The notes beneath the pieces were generated by a model. It was not told the origin of the DNA and did not search any database. It saw only the letters and a program-made list of their open reading frames with translations. Below are positions 27,687 through 37,009 of a DNA stretch of 64,000 nucleotides, one piece after another. The DNA is from Candidatus Omnitrophota bacterium (lineage in GTDB: Bacteria; Omnitrophota; Gorgyraeia; Gygaellales; Profunditerraquicolaceae). The DNA is taken from positions 350,855 through 414,854 of the forward strand of contig JBAZJY010000002.1 of NCBI GenBank assembly GCA_041651115.1. Reading direction: 5' to 3'. Within the stretch, counting starts at the first letter, position 1. Every line of letters starts with the position of its first letter. Made by a program: the position numbers and the translations under genes.

Positions 27687-27935
27687 TCAAGCTAATTTAC
27701 ACTCGAATTCATCTAAGTCCTGCCGGCTTTTAGCAATGATTTCTTTTATGCATGTCTGGCAGTAAACCTTTCTTCCCATGCTGCCGGGAATAGGAACTAC
27801 AATGCATACAGTTCCTCCGTAAATCGCTGTGTTGCACCTTTTGCAAGTTCGTTTTCCTTTTGCAGTGTCTAATTTTGGCGCTCCATGTGTTCCATTGATA
27901 AGAGAAGGACATTTTCCACGTTTTTTACTTATCAC
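27687..27935 (-). CDS. Small Zn-ribbon protein (82 aa)
   Basis: CKRCN...CIVV...CQTC Cys quartet; directly downstream of the helicase and overlapping it. Confidence 0.45.
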   Translation of the reverse strand: MISKKRGKCPSLINGTHGAPKLDTAKGKRTCKRCNTAIYGGTVCIVVPIPGSMGRKVYCQTCIKEIIAKSRQDLDEFECKLA

Positions 27936-29952
27936 CCTTAGCCTCCTTTTTAGTTAAGCGTCTTGTTAGGACATTGAGAATATTGTCAAGGGCTTCTATC
28001 GCTTTTACATAGTCTTCAGTTCGTAACTTTTCCCGTTCGCCTTTTTCAATTCCGAGCTGCTTATTTACCTCATGATTTATAAGTTGGACAGCGGCTGCAA
28101 AGTTAGGCCCAGTGACTCCACTACTCTGAGCAAGTTTATAGGCTAAATCTTTTCCGTCAAATGAGATGTCCAAGCGATTCAACAATAGTTTTGCCGCTCG
28201 TTTTACCTCTTCATGCAAACGTCGCTTCGCCTCGTTCCTTTGCCGTTGGGGAATTACAGGGAAAGGTATGGTGGATTCCACTTTGTTTATTTTATCCCCT
28301 TGTTTATTTTTGAGGAATTCTGCTATGTCTTGAGCATCAATTCCAAGTGACTCAGCGGTAGCTTTCATTTCTTCGATAAGTATCTCGTCTTCCACATCAA
28401 TGAAATGTTCCTGTAGGAAGCTATCCACTATTTCATTGCGAATGATCGTAGATTCACTAAGTTTTAATCTTGTACTACCTTCAAGCACCTCTCGAGGAGG
28501 CTCGGGTTCTTTGCCTTTAATAATATCTGTGAAGAATTCTCGGTCGTCCCTGTCAATTTCACGGAAATCAGCAAGATGGGTATCTATGTTAAGCCCAATA
28601 TGTGTTACTATGTGACCATAATTATCAGGGTGTCGAGGGTCATTTTGGACGATGACACGCATTACTCGACCAACGAATTGGACATACGGTGGTAGGGTGC
28701 GGAAAGGCCTAAATATAGCTGCAACACTTAAATGAGGGTGGTCAAATCCCTCGCCGAGCATTTGAACTTGGATAATACAATCTAAGGCGCCCGCTCTCAA
28801 TTTATTTAAGACAGCATCTTGCTCATCGGGTAGCATTTTACTATGGATTTCCGCTGCTTCATAACCACGCTCAGCATATAGAGAGCGTATTGCCTTTGCA
28901 TGATTTACTGAACACGCAACTGCTATTAGTTGGTGCTTTGTTCCAGATTGCCGCAGATGTTCGAGTTTGTCGAGACTTGCGTCTACGATATTTTTATTAC
29001 AGACTGGGGATAAAGCCACACCACGACTAAACCATTCTTCATCTTTTAACACCAATACTTCTTCAAGTGTGTGGTATTTTTCATCACCTTCATATGTAAA
29101 ATAGAGTTCTTTAGGTGCGACATATGTTGCCTGTAATTTTTTTATGTAGCCTTTTATCATTGCCCGTTTGAATGAATACTTGTAAATTAGTTCACCTTCA
29201 ATTTCTTGTTGGTCACTTCTGAATGGCGTAGCAGTTAAATTAACAACCTTTGCATCCGGGAATCTACTAAATACTTTTTTCCAACTCGGGGCCGCACTAT
29301 GGTGTCCTTCGTCTACCAGAATCATATCAAAGAAATTATTTGTAAACTGTGGGAGCCAGCGGTCGGCGCTACTCGCCAGTTGCTGTATATTTGTCAAAAC
29401 AAAATGCGACTGTTCGCAATCATGGATGTTGGCATCGATGCTATCGAGAATAGCAAGATACGGGCCGGCTAAGGTTACGTCCGGATTCAGCACCCGGCAT
29501 TTAAACCAGAAGCAGTTTCTACGATTGGCGATATCTAAAGCCTTTCTTAATTCATCTCTGATGGTGAGATTTGGCGCGATCACGAGGATCCTTCCTTGGG
29601 CAATTCCAAGTGGAAGTAACGTAATGAGCCCTGATTTTCCACATCCAACCGGTAATTGAATTAACGCTTTTTTGGCTCCTTTCTCGAAAAAATTACGGGT
29701 TGCTATGTATGCTTCTTTCTGTGGGTCTCTTAATAGTAAATTGTCTTCTATTTTGAAATCCAGCGAAGCAAAGAAATTACCCATGGATTTATTAGCTTTT
29801 ATCCACTTGTCTAATTCAAGAACTTGGAATCGCCACATTTTTCCTACTTTGTGAGCAGGTATCCGGTTGCTCTGCGCAAGTGCGTATAAATTCGTTATGC
29901 TGATATCAAGATATTTTGCTGCTTCCTCTGCGTTTAGCCATTCTTCTCTCAT
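27925..29952 (-). CDS. HTH (excisionase/MerR-like) + SF2 DEAH/ResIII-type helicase
   Basis: N-terminal LNAEEAAKYLDISITNLY...HKVG.MWRF HTH; Walker A PVGCGKSG; DEGH box; TATP motif III; QFVGRVMR motif VI. Confidence 0.75.
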   Translation of the reverse strand: MREEWLNAEEAAKYLDISITNLYALAQSNRIPAHKVGKMWRFQVLELDKWIKANKSMGNFFASLDFKIEDNLLLRDPQKEAYIATRNFFEKGAKKALIQLPVGCGKSGLITLLPLGIAQGRILVIAPNLTIRDELRKALDIANRRNCFWFKCRVLNPDVTLAGPYLAILDSIDANIHDCEQSHFVLTNIQQLASSADRWLPQFTNNFFDMILVDEGHHSAAPSWKKVFSRFPDAKVVNLTATPFRSDQQEIEGELIYKYSFKRAMIKGYIKKLQATYVAPKELYFTYEGDEKYHTLEEVLVLKDEEWFSRGVALSPVCNKNIVDASLDKLEHLRQSGTKHQLIAVACSVNHAKAIRSLYAERGYEAAEIHSKMLPDEQDAVLNKLRAGALDCIIQVQMLGEGFDHPHLSVAAIFRPFRTLPPYVQFVGRVMRVIVQNDPRHPDNYGHIVTHIGLNIDTHLADFREIDRDDREFFTDIIKGKEPEPPREVLEGSTRLKLSESTIIRNEIVDSFLQEHFIDVEDEILIEEMKATAESLGIDAQDIAEFLKNKQGDKINKVESTIPFPVIPQRQRNEAKRRLHEEVKRAAKLLLNRLDISFDGKDLAYKLAQSSGVTGPNFAAAVQLINHEVNKQLGIEKGEREKLRTEDYVKAIEALDNILNVLTRRLTKKEAKGDK

Positions 29953-29990
29953 CGTAGCCTCCTTTGATAACTGATTTCATAATACCATAT

Positions 29991-30052
29991 TTAAATACGA
30001 TGTCAATTAGTATTATTTAGTATCATTTAGTATCATTTAGAGTTATTTATTA
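29991..30052. repeat. Short tandem/iteron-like repeats (tatcatttag family) in a divergent promoter region
   Basis: attagtattatttag / tatcatttag / tatcatttag / agttatttat in series. Confidence 0.5.
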
Positions 30053-30296
30053 ATGGGGTAGATATTTAAATCTAAAAGATTTCTTTGGGTAGCTGCGTTG
30101 AAATACTCAAGTTTTCTCTAAAAAACTTTTACCTTTTTAGCATAACTCCCCTCGGCATAAGCAGTTAGTAAATTCCTTCCATTCATTTCAGAGTTAATTT
30201 CCGTCGGTAAAATTACATAAAAGGTTAAAACTTTTTTACATTTTTCATTGACAAATAAGTACCATATGGTTCTTATATTGTTAGGAGGTGATTGTT

Positions 30297-31112
30297 ATGA
30301 ATTCCGACGAGATTGCGGTTGGCTATATACGAGTTAGCAGTATCAATCAGGTGGAAAATGGTGGTGGTTTGGCTATCCAGAGGAAGAAGATAACCAACTT
30401 CTGCAGAGAAAAAGGCTACAATCTAGAACGTTTCTACGAAGAAAGGGGAATTTCCGGCAGCATTAAAGAACGCCCTGCGTTATTAAGATTGTTAAAGGAC
30501 TGCGAGTCTGGTTTAATCAAAAGGGTAGTAGTTTTTCGTCAGGATAGGTTAGCTCGTGAATTAACAGTTTCCCTCTGGCTCGAGACTCAATTCAAGAAAT
30601 ATGATGTAGCAGTCAGCTCAGTTCTGGATCCAGAACTCGATATGAATGACCCGCTGCAGCTCGCTTTTAAAAGGCTGATTGATGTGTTTGCTGAATTAGA
30701 GAAAACACTTATTGTGACCCGTCTTAGAGAAGGCCGGGTTGATAAGGCCGAGAATGGACGTAGAGCTGTCGGTGCAATTGCTTTTGGCTATTATAAAGAG
30801 AAAGACGGTTTGGTTGTTAACCTTGAAGAATCCGAATGGGTGAAAAAGATTTTTCGGAACGCAGCTAAGGGAAAGAAATACTCAGAGATTGTGGCGATGC
30901 TTAAAAAGAACGGCGTAGTTACACGGCGAAAGAAACCGTTCAGTATTGAAACAGTTAAGTATGTCTTACGAAACTCTTTTTATTATGGTGAGTCAACCTA
31001 CGGCGATATAAAGAGCAGGGGGGAGCATAGGCCTATTATTAGTAAACGACTTTTTGTTAGAGTTCAAAAGGTCAAAAGGAAAGAAGTATTGTTACCAGCT
31101 AGGGTTTCGTAG
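30297..31112 (+). CDS. Serine recombinase (resolvase/invertase family)
   Basis: VGYIRVSS catalytic Ser motif, RLARE; RBS aggagg 8 nt upstream of ATG 30297. Confidence 0.8.
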   Translation: MNSDEIAVGYIRVSSINQVENGGGLAIQRKKITNFCREKGYNLERFYEERGISGSIKERPALLRLLKDCESGLIKRVVVFRQDRLARELTVSLWLETQFKKYDVAVSSVLDPELDMNDPLQLAFKRLIDVFAELEKTLIVTRLREGRVDKAENGRRAVGAIAFGYYKEKDGLVVNLEESEWVKKIFRNAAKGKKYSEIVAMLKKNGVVTRRKKPFSIETVKYVLRNSFYYGESTYGDIKSRGEHRPIISKRLFVRVQKVKRKEVLLPARVS

Positions 31113-31631
31113 TTCGTTGATGTTCATTTTTTCCGAATGGCTCTGGAATTCTGGCATATGAGGCCAACAGGATACTTCCTGAAGTCGCTTTAAATGTTCT
31201 TGAGTGACGATTAGTGATTCCCGTTTTTTCCCGTTGCGAAGAAGGCTTCTAAAGAATTGACGCCTTAAATAATAATCAAGTTTCTTAGCATTTTTAAGGT
31301 AAGAATCGTAATCCTCAGGGTCATCATGGACTTTTCTAATCCAGTCGATTATTGTATTGGGTCGGGTATTAAGCGCGCGGGCAATATCGATAATACGCAT
31401 CCCGTTATTGTATCGACCAATTGCATCATCGAATTTATCGGGTGACACGCGCATTCCTTTGAAAAATGGCTCTTGAAGTAGCGTGAATGCTTTTTTGCAG
31501 CTTCGACAGTAAATCCTCTGCACTGCGGGTTTATTTTTCAACCTGCGTTTCCCGTAATAAATAGCGATTTTGTGACATTCTGGACAAGGTTCTTTGTAAG
31601 GCATAGGTAGATTATACCGCAGAAACGCCAA
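31092..31631 (-). CDS. InsA-like Zn-ribbon + HTH protein (IS1-type transposase N-terminal fragment or regulator)
   Basis: CPEC...CRSCKKAF Zn ribbon followed by an HTH (IIDIARALNTRPNTI). Confidence 0.45.
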   Translation of the reverse strand: MAFLRYNLPMPYKEPCPECHKIAIYYGKRRLKNKPAVQRIYCRSCKKAFTLLQEPFFKGMRVSPDKFDDAIGRYNNGMRIIDIARALNTRPNTIIDWIRKVHDDPEDYDSYLKNAKKLDYYLRRQFFRSLLRNGKKRESLIVTQEHLKRLQEVSCWPHMPEFQSHSEKMNINELRNPSW

Positions 31632-31833
31632 CTGTCAAGCGATATAAAACGACAGCTAACCGATATAGGAGTCTTTATTGATTAAAAATATTTTTTTTCT
31701 GGTTCTGTAACTTATTGTATAACAGGATGATGCATCATTGAATTTTTTTAAAGTTTTTCTGAATTGGTGCGTATTAATTCTGAAGGGGGGAGTTCAGACA
31801 CGGTTAGTTCCCCTCAGAAGGAGGTGAGGTTAG

Positions 31834-32016
31834 ATGGAGCGCTTTATTAAGGTTGAGTGTTTGAGATGTGGTGAGCAATACTATATACCAGCGTATAAGC
31901 TCCCGCAAGAAAAGGCAGAGATTCTTGATGCAGCTTTCCCTAGCAGGTGTCCCTTTTGCGAAGATAGCGATTACGCTGTATTAACAGTTCCAAACGAACT
32001 TAAGAAAAGGAAATAA
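31834..32016 (+). CDS. Small Zn-ribbon protein (60 aa)
   Basis: CLRCG...CPFC; strong RBS aggaggtgag. Confidence 0.35.
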   Translation: MERFIKVECLRCGEQYYIPAYKLPQEKAEILDAAFPSRCPFCEDSDYAVLTVPNELKKRK

Positions 32017-32095
32017 CACGGTGCAGCAGGAGTTTGGGTTGTTATCCTGAACTCCTGCTGCCAAAAAATGTAATTTAAGCTATGGAGGTAATCAA

Positions 32096-32320
32096 ATGAA
32101 GGCAATCTGGAATGGCGAAAAGTTATTGATTAGACGCAAACAAGTAGGGTTAACTATGGCTGAATTAGCCGCAAAAGTGGATTGTGACCGGCCATTGGTG
32201 TCAATGTGGGAAGCAGGCAAGGTAGCTCCGTCCGGGCATTTTCTTGTGATGCTCGGCATCACATTGAATATTGAGCCGAAAGAGTTTTATAATCTGGAGG
32301 ACGAAGGAGTGCAGCTATGA
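32096..32320 (+). CDS. XRE/Cro-type HTH regulator
   Basis: LTMAELAAKVDCDRPLVSMWE HTH. Confidence 0.6.
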   Translation: MKAIWNGEKLLIRRKQVGLTMAELAAKVDCDRPLVSMWEAGKVAPSGHFLVMLGITLNIEPKEFYNLEDEGVQL

Positions 32321-32508
32321 GTAACCTTTTAACTCCAGAGCAAGTATGCGAGAGGTATGGTATAAGCCGGTGGACGCTCTATCAGTGGACATCCAAGCAT
32401 CTTATACCATATCTCAAGATTAGAGGGCTAAACCGTTTCAGGGAAGAAGATCTTGAGAAGTGGGAAGAACAAAATCTGGTAAGCGATGGGAAGGCTGAAT
32501 TGGTATGA
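32317..32508 (+). CDS. xis: Excisionase / AlpA-like HTH protein
   Basis: QVCERYGISRWTLYQW motif; immediately upstream of the integrase and overlapping it. Confidence 0.6.
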   Translation: MSNLLTPEQVCERYGISRWTLYQWTSKHLIPYLKIRGLNRFREEDLEKWEEQNLVSDGKAELV

Positions 32509-33572
32509 GACAGCGTTATCGAATGCCAAAATCTATTTACCCCCGTGGCAACTGGTATTGCTTTAAGGTAACTACTTCTTATGGCAAGAGAGTCGAGGTT
32601 AAGTCAGCCACCATGGAAGAGGCGCGTAAGAAACGCAACGATATAGAGCGTCAGATATTCAGTGCCGTGTCTGGAGATCCATCCTATAGAGTTAGCCTTG
32701 AGCATGGAATAGGGTTTTGGCTAAAAATTAAGAAAGGAAGTATCGACGATACCTCATATGATAGATACCGGGGATGTTTAGATAACTTCCTTGATTATAT
32801 TAAGGCAAAACGCTCCGATTTACAATATTTCGACCAAATAAAAGCGGAGGACATTAAGGCATTTATGGACTATCGGATCGAAGAGAAGGGGCGGGCGACT
32901 AAGACCGTGAATTCTGAAAGGCTGGCTTTATACAACTTATTTCTTACCTTGATTAAACATAAGAAAATTGAAGGTAGTAATCCCGTGGAAAATGTTGACC
33001 CATTAAAAATGATTAAGGTCCAAAAGAGGCATGCTCTTTCTGATGAGGAATTGTTGAAATTTCTTGAGGGTGCCAAGGCAGAAAGCGGGGCTATTAATTG
33101 GTATGCTATCTTTCTTACCTTATATATAACCGGCATGAGAAGGGATGAGGTTCGGAAGATGGAGAAAACAGCAATAGACCTGTCCAGAAATCTGATAATT
33201 ATTTTGAACACCAAAACCGATAAGCCAAAGATCATACCGATACATCCTGAATTGCGGCCAGTATTGCAGCAGGCGTTGGGGCAGTCCAATAGCGGCTTGG
33301 TATTTCCTAACTCTAAAGGCGGGCTGCTTCATAAGAACAAAATTCGGGATAAGATGATTCAGATATGTGAGAGGGTCGGTATCCCTAAAGCAACGGTTCA
33401 CGATTTACGCCATACATTCGCGAGCCGCCCAGAATTATCCGGTATGGCCAAGCAACTTATAGGCGGTTGGAGCAGCAAGCAGGTAATGGAGAAAACCTAT
33501 ATTCACGCCCCCGAGGATTATGTTCGAGATGAGTATTTTAAGGTTAAGTTCATACCGAAGGCAGGAAACTAA
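32505..33572 (+). CDS. int: Tyrosine integrase (phage integrase family)
   Basis: Conserved R...HDLRHTFAS...Y catalytic region; adjacent to attR. Confidence 0.85.
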   Translation: MRQRYRMPKSIYPRGNWYCFKVTTSYGKRVEVKSATMEEARKKRNDIERQIFSAVSGDPSYRVSLEHGIGFWLKIKKGSIDDTSYDRYRGCLDNFLDYIKAKRSDLQYFDQIKAEDIKAFMDYRIEEKGRATKTVNSERLALYNLFLTLIKHKKIEGSNPVENVDPLKMIKVQKRHALSDEELLKFLEGAKAESGAINWYAIFLTLYITGMRRDEVRKMEKTAIDLSRNLIIILNTKTDKPKIIPIHPELRPVLQQALGQSNSGLVFPNSKGGLLHKNKIRDKMIQICERVGIPKATVHDLRHTFASRPELSGMAKQLIGGWSSKQVMEKTYIHAPEDYVRDEYFKVKFIPKAGN

Positions 33573-33649
33573 TGTCACGCTATCGTCACGAAAGGATGTT
33601 GCAAATGTCAGAACCTTCTGATAATATAGATAATTATGCAAAACCGGGA

Positions 33650-33669
33650 TCCGATTCCCTCCCTCGGCA
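33650..33669. repeat. attR: second copy of the 20 bp tRNA-Phe 3' core
   Basis: tccgattccctccctcggca identical to 16724..16743. Confidence 0.8.
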
Positions 33670-33680
33670 TTTAAATTTTA

Positions 33681-33709
33681 AGAGGGGTTATCGCAACCCC
33701 TCTTTTTTA
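33681..33709 (+). terminator. Intrinsic terminator (probably the ancestral tRNA-Phe terminator)
   Basis: agagggg...cccctct stem plus a T-tract. Confidence 0.5.
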
Positions 33710-33727
33710 TTGGGGTTTTATGCGCCT

Positions 33728-34900
33728 ATGAAGATAAAATACCTGAGATTATTGGATAAATATTTAGGGTTTTTGCTGATCCTGGCTATCCACTTAGCTA
33801 AAATATTCAGCAAAGCGCCCCATTTTTCCGGTAAGCAGAAGGTAGAAAAGATACTGATCATCAAGTTCTGGGGTTTCGGGAGCATAATTTTAGGGTATGA
33901 TTTTTTTCAAGCCATACGCAAAGAATTTCCCGGCGCGCATATCTGCGTCTTAACCCTGAAACAAAACCGCCAAGTTTTTGAGATCAGCGGGATTTTCGAT
34001 GAAATAATTGATATCGATATAAGGGACCCGCTGCGTTTTGCGATAGATGCCGCCAGGGCAGTCATTTATTTAAGAAAGAAATCTTTTGATGTTTCTTTTG
34101 ACTTGGAATTCTCGGCAAGGTTTTCGGCCTGCATATCTTGTCTGATCAATGCCAGGCGGAGGGTGGGTTTTCAGTACGACGGCATCTGGCGAGGGAATTG
34201 TTTTTCGGATCTCCTGCATTTCCGGGAAGACGCAAAACTAAAAGATTCTTACCTGGGAATGATTTATCGTATAAAGAGCGATGCCGCGGCGCCTTCCCGG
34301 CCGCTTGAATTAGAAATTGGAAATGAGCAGAAAGCGATTGTTGATGATCTGCTTAAGAAGGAATCTTTAAAAGGTGCGGGCCCGCTAGTCGCGATCAACA
34401 TAAACGCAAGCGAATTATGTTTATTAAGGCGCTGGCCAAAGGAATATTTTGTTATTTTAGCCGAAGAATTGATCAAGCTGTATTCTGCGCGTATAATATT
34501 TATAGGTTCAGAAGAGGACTTTCATTATGTAAGTTCCGCGATCAGCCTGATACAGCCGGGCCGGAGGGAAAGTATCCGTAATTTTGCGGGTAAAACTTCT
34601 TTGGCGCAGTTGGCTTATTTAATGACAAAATTCAGGTTATTTATTTCTAATGACAGCGGGCCTTTGCATTTAGCCGTTTACTTAAAAGTTCCCTCGGTTT
34701 CCTTCTTCGGCCCGGAAACCCCGCTTATTTACGGGCCGGACAGGGCAGCAGATACGGTATTTTATAAAAACCCGGGCTGCAGCCCGTGCATCAGAGTCAA
34801 GAATTATAAGTTTGCCAAATGCGGCAATAACCACCTGTGCCTGAGAGAAATAAAACCATCCAGCGTTCTCGATGAAATCAGAAGAAAAAAATTACTTTAA
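33728..34900 (+). CDS. Glycosyltransferase family 9 (heptosyltransferase-like)
   Basis: KILIIKFWGFGSIIL N-terminus and GT9-like core; start moved to ATG 33728 to clear attR and the terminator. Confidence 0.7.
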   Translation: MKIKYLRLLDKYLGFLLILAIHLAKIFSKAPHFSGKQKVEKILIIKFWGFGSIILGYDFFQAIRKEFPGAHICVLTLKQNRQVFEISGIFDEIIDIDIRDPLRFAIDAARAVIYLRKKSFDVSFDLEFSARFSACISCLINARRRVGFQYDGIWRGNCFSDLLHFREDAKLKDSYLGMIYRIKSDAAAPSRPLELEIGNEQKAIVDDLLKKESLKGAGPLVAININASELCLLRRWPKEYFVILAEELIKLYSARIIFIGSEEDFHYVSSAISLIQPGRRESIRNFAGKTSLAQLAYLMTKFRLFISNDSGPLHLAVYLKVPSVSFFGPETPLIYGPDRAADTVFYKNPGCSPCIRVKNYKFAKCGNNHLCLREIKPSSVLDEIRRKKLL

Positions 34901-35591
34901 CGCGGTAGCGGATTCCTTTGACGCGGACTTTAATGCATACTCCCGGCCTGCGGGCATATTGCGGGTAGAGAAGCGCGTAAAACTTTTTATGGAATATTGC
35001 AGCCTGAAACCCGGCCTTAAGATTTTAGAAATTGGCTGCGGCACCGGCGAATACAGCAAGGCCTTATTTGGGCGCGGGCTGAATTTATTTGCCACTGACA
35101 TATCCTTTAATATGTTGAGGCATGCCAAAAATAAATTAAATAGAACAAAAAGGGTAATGTTCTTTGTATCGGATATCAGCCTGTTTCCTTTTGCGGCAGA
35201 TAGCTTTGACGTAATTTTAGGCAATTCTATTTTACACCACTTAGAAATTGAAGAGTCCCTTAAAGAGATACACCGGGTTCTAAGAAAAAATGGAAGATTT
35301 GCTTTTTCGGAGCCGAATATGTGCAATCCGCAAATATTCCTGCAAAAAAGAATAAAATCCCTTAAAAAACTTGTCGGCGATTCTCCGGGAGAGAAGGATT
35401 TTTCCCGTTGGGCGTTAAGGAGGATGTTTGAAATGGCAGGCTTTAAGAATATAATTGTTAGGCCGTTTGATTTCCTGCATCCCTATACTCCGGCAGCGTT
35501 GGTTAAGGCTGCCGATAAAATAGGCACGTTCCTGGAAAGGACGCCGTTAAGGGAAATCGCAGGGTCGTTATTTATCACAGGTGAAAAATGA
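34872..35591 (+). CDS. Class I SAM-dependent methyltransferase
   Basis: LEIGCGTGEYS motif I. Confidence 0.75.
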   Translation: MKSEEKNYFNAVADSFDADFNAYSRPAGILRVEKRVKLFMEYCSLKPGLKILEIGCGTGEYSKALFGRGLNLFATDISFNMLRHAKNKLNRTKRVMFFVSDISLFPFAADSFDVILGNSILHHLEIEESLKEIHRVLRKNGRFAFSEPNMCNPQIFLQKRIKSLKKLVGDSPGEKDFSRWALRRMFEMAGFKNIIVRPFDFLHPYTPAALVKAADKIGTFLERTPLREIAGSLFITGEK

Positions 35592-37006
35592 GAGTTTATT
35601 TTGTTAATCCTCCGGCAGCAAACGGCATAAAGATGGTCAGGGAGGGCAGGTGCATGCAAAGGAAAGGCGCCTGGACCACTGTCTGGCCGCCGGTTACGTT
35701 AGCGACGATGGCAGCAATGCTTTTAAAAGAGGGGATAGAAGTAAAATTAAGCGACTGCATTGTTGAGGATATGCCTTTCCATGAATTACGGAAGAATATA
35801 GAAAAATTCAATCCGGACCTTCTCGTGATTAATACGGCAACAGCTTCCATATATTCCGACCTTGATTGCGTAAAGATCGCTAAAGAAATTTTACCAAAGA
35901 TTAAGACTTTGGTTTTTGGCTTACATGTGACTGCGCTGCCGGATGAGGCATTTTCAATAGCCCATGGCCTTGATTATGTAATTCGCGGCGAACCGGAATT
36001 CTGCCTTTTAGACCTTGTAAAGGGATTGGGGCGCGGCAGCTTCGCGGTTCAGGAAATCAGGGGCCTATCTTACCGTGAAGGCGTTAAGATACAGCATAAT
36101 TTAGACCGTGGATTTGAGGAAAGCCTGGACAGGCTGCCGTCTCCTGCCTGGGAGTTAATAGATACAAATAATTATCTCCTGCCGTTAAGCGCCGAGCCGT
36201 TTCTTCTAATTACAACTTCCAAGGGATGCCCTAATGCTTGTATATTTTGTCCGGCAAAGCCTTTTTACGGCAGCCGCATCAGGCACCGGGATTATAGGAT
36301 CGTAGTTCAGGAGATGGCTGATATAAAAGAGAGGCTCAAGGTTAACCAATTCCTTATTTGGAGCGAATCATTTACCGAATCCCGGGATTATGTGGTTAAT
36401 CTATGCAATGAGATCAGCCATAGAAAACTGGCTGTGTCTTGGGCATGCAACAGCCGCGTGGATAAGGTAGATTTAGAATTGCTTCGGCTAATGAAGCGCG
36501 CCGGATGTTGGATGATCGGCTACGGCATAGAATCCGGCAGCCAGCGCATACTTGATGCGGCAAAAAAGAACGTGACGATCGCGCAGATAGAAAGCGCGGT
36601 TGATCTGGCCAAATCCGCAGGGCTGGAAGTTACCGGGCATGTAATTTTTGGCTTGCCCGCAGAGACGATGGAAACCGGATTAAACACGATAAATTGGCTG
36701 AAGAAACTCAAGATAGACTTTATTCAGGTGTATTGCGCTGTTCCCTGGCCGTCCACGGCCCTTTATAAGATAGCCCAAGAAAAAGGATGGCTGGCAACGC
36801 GGGATTGGAAGTTATACGAGCAGAATAATTACATTATGGGTATGGGCGGGATCACGCCGAAGCAGGTGGAGTATTTAAGAAGGTCGGCGATGGTAAAGTT
36901 TTATTTATCCGCCGGCAGGGCAGGGAAGATATTAAAACAAATAAATTCTTTTAAAAAATTAAAAATATTCCTTAGTACGCTTAAGGAATTCATGGGGTGG
37001 TTATAA
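35588..37006 (+). CDS. B12-binding radical SAM protein
   Basis: N-terminal B12-binding-like domain; CPNACIFCP radical-SAM Cys triad. Confidence 0.8.
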   Translation: MRVYFVNPPAANGIKMVREGRCMQRKGAWTTVWPPVTLATMAAMLLKEGIEVKLSDCIVEDMPFHELRKNIEKFNPDLLVINTATASIYSDLDCVKIAKEILPKIKTLVFGLHVTALPDEAFSIAHGLDYVIRGEPEFCLLDLVKGLGRGSFAVQEIRGLSYREGVKIQHNLDRGFEESLDRLPSPAWELIDTNNYLLPLSAEPFLLITTSKGCPNACIFCPAKPFYGSRIRHRDYRIVVQEMADIKERLKVNQFLIWSESFTESRDYVVNLCNEISHRKLAVSWACNSRVDKVDLELLRLMKRAGCWMIGYGIESGSQRILDAAKKNVTIAQIESAVDLAKSAGLEVTGHVIFGLPAETMETGLNTINWLKKLKIDFIQVYCAVPWPSTALYKIAQEKGWLATRDWKLYEQNNYIMGMGGITPKQVEYLRRSAMVKFYLSAGRAGKILKQINSFKKLKIFLSTLKEFMGWL

Positions 37007-37009
37007 CTC

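Larger units (their letters stand above)
16747..33669. mobile_element. tRNA-Phe-integrated genomic island / integrative element (about 16.9 kb)
   Basis: att direct repeats at both ends; tyrosine integrase plus excisionase adjacent to attR; replication genes, serine recombinase and IS remnant inside; AT-rich subregions. Confidence 0.8.

Noticed and set aside
33572-33727. Upstream extension of the GT9 ORF starting at 33572
   Set aside because: The extension would read through the attR core and a rho-independent terminator hairpin. The internal ATG at 33728 gives a normal GT9 N-terminus.
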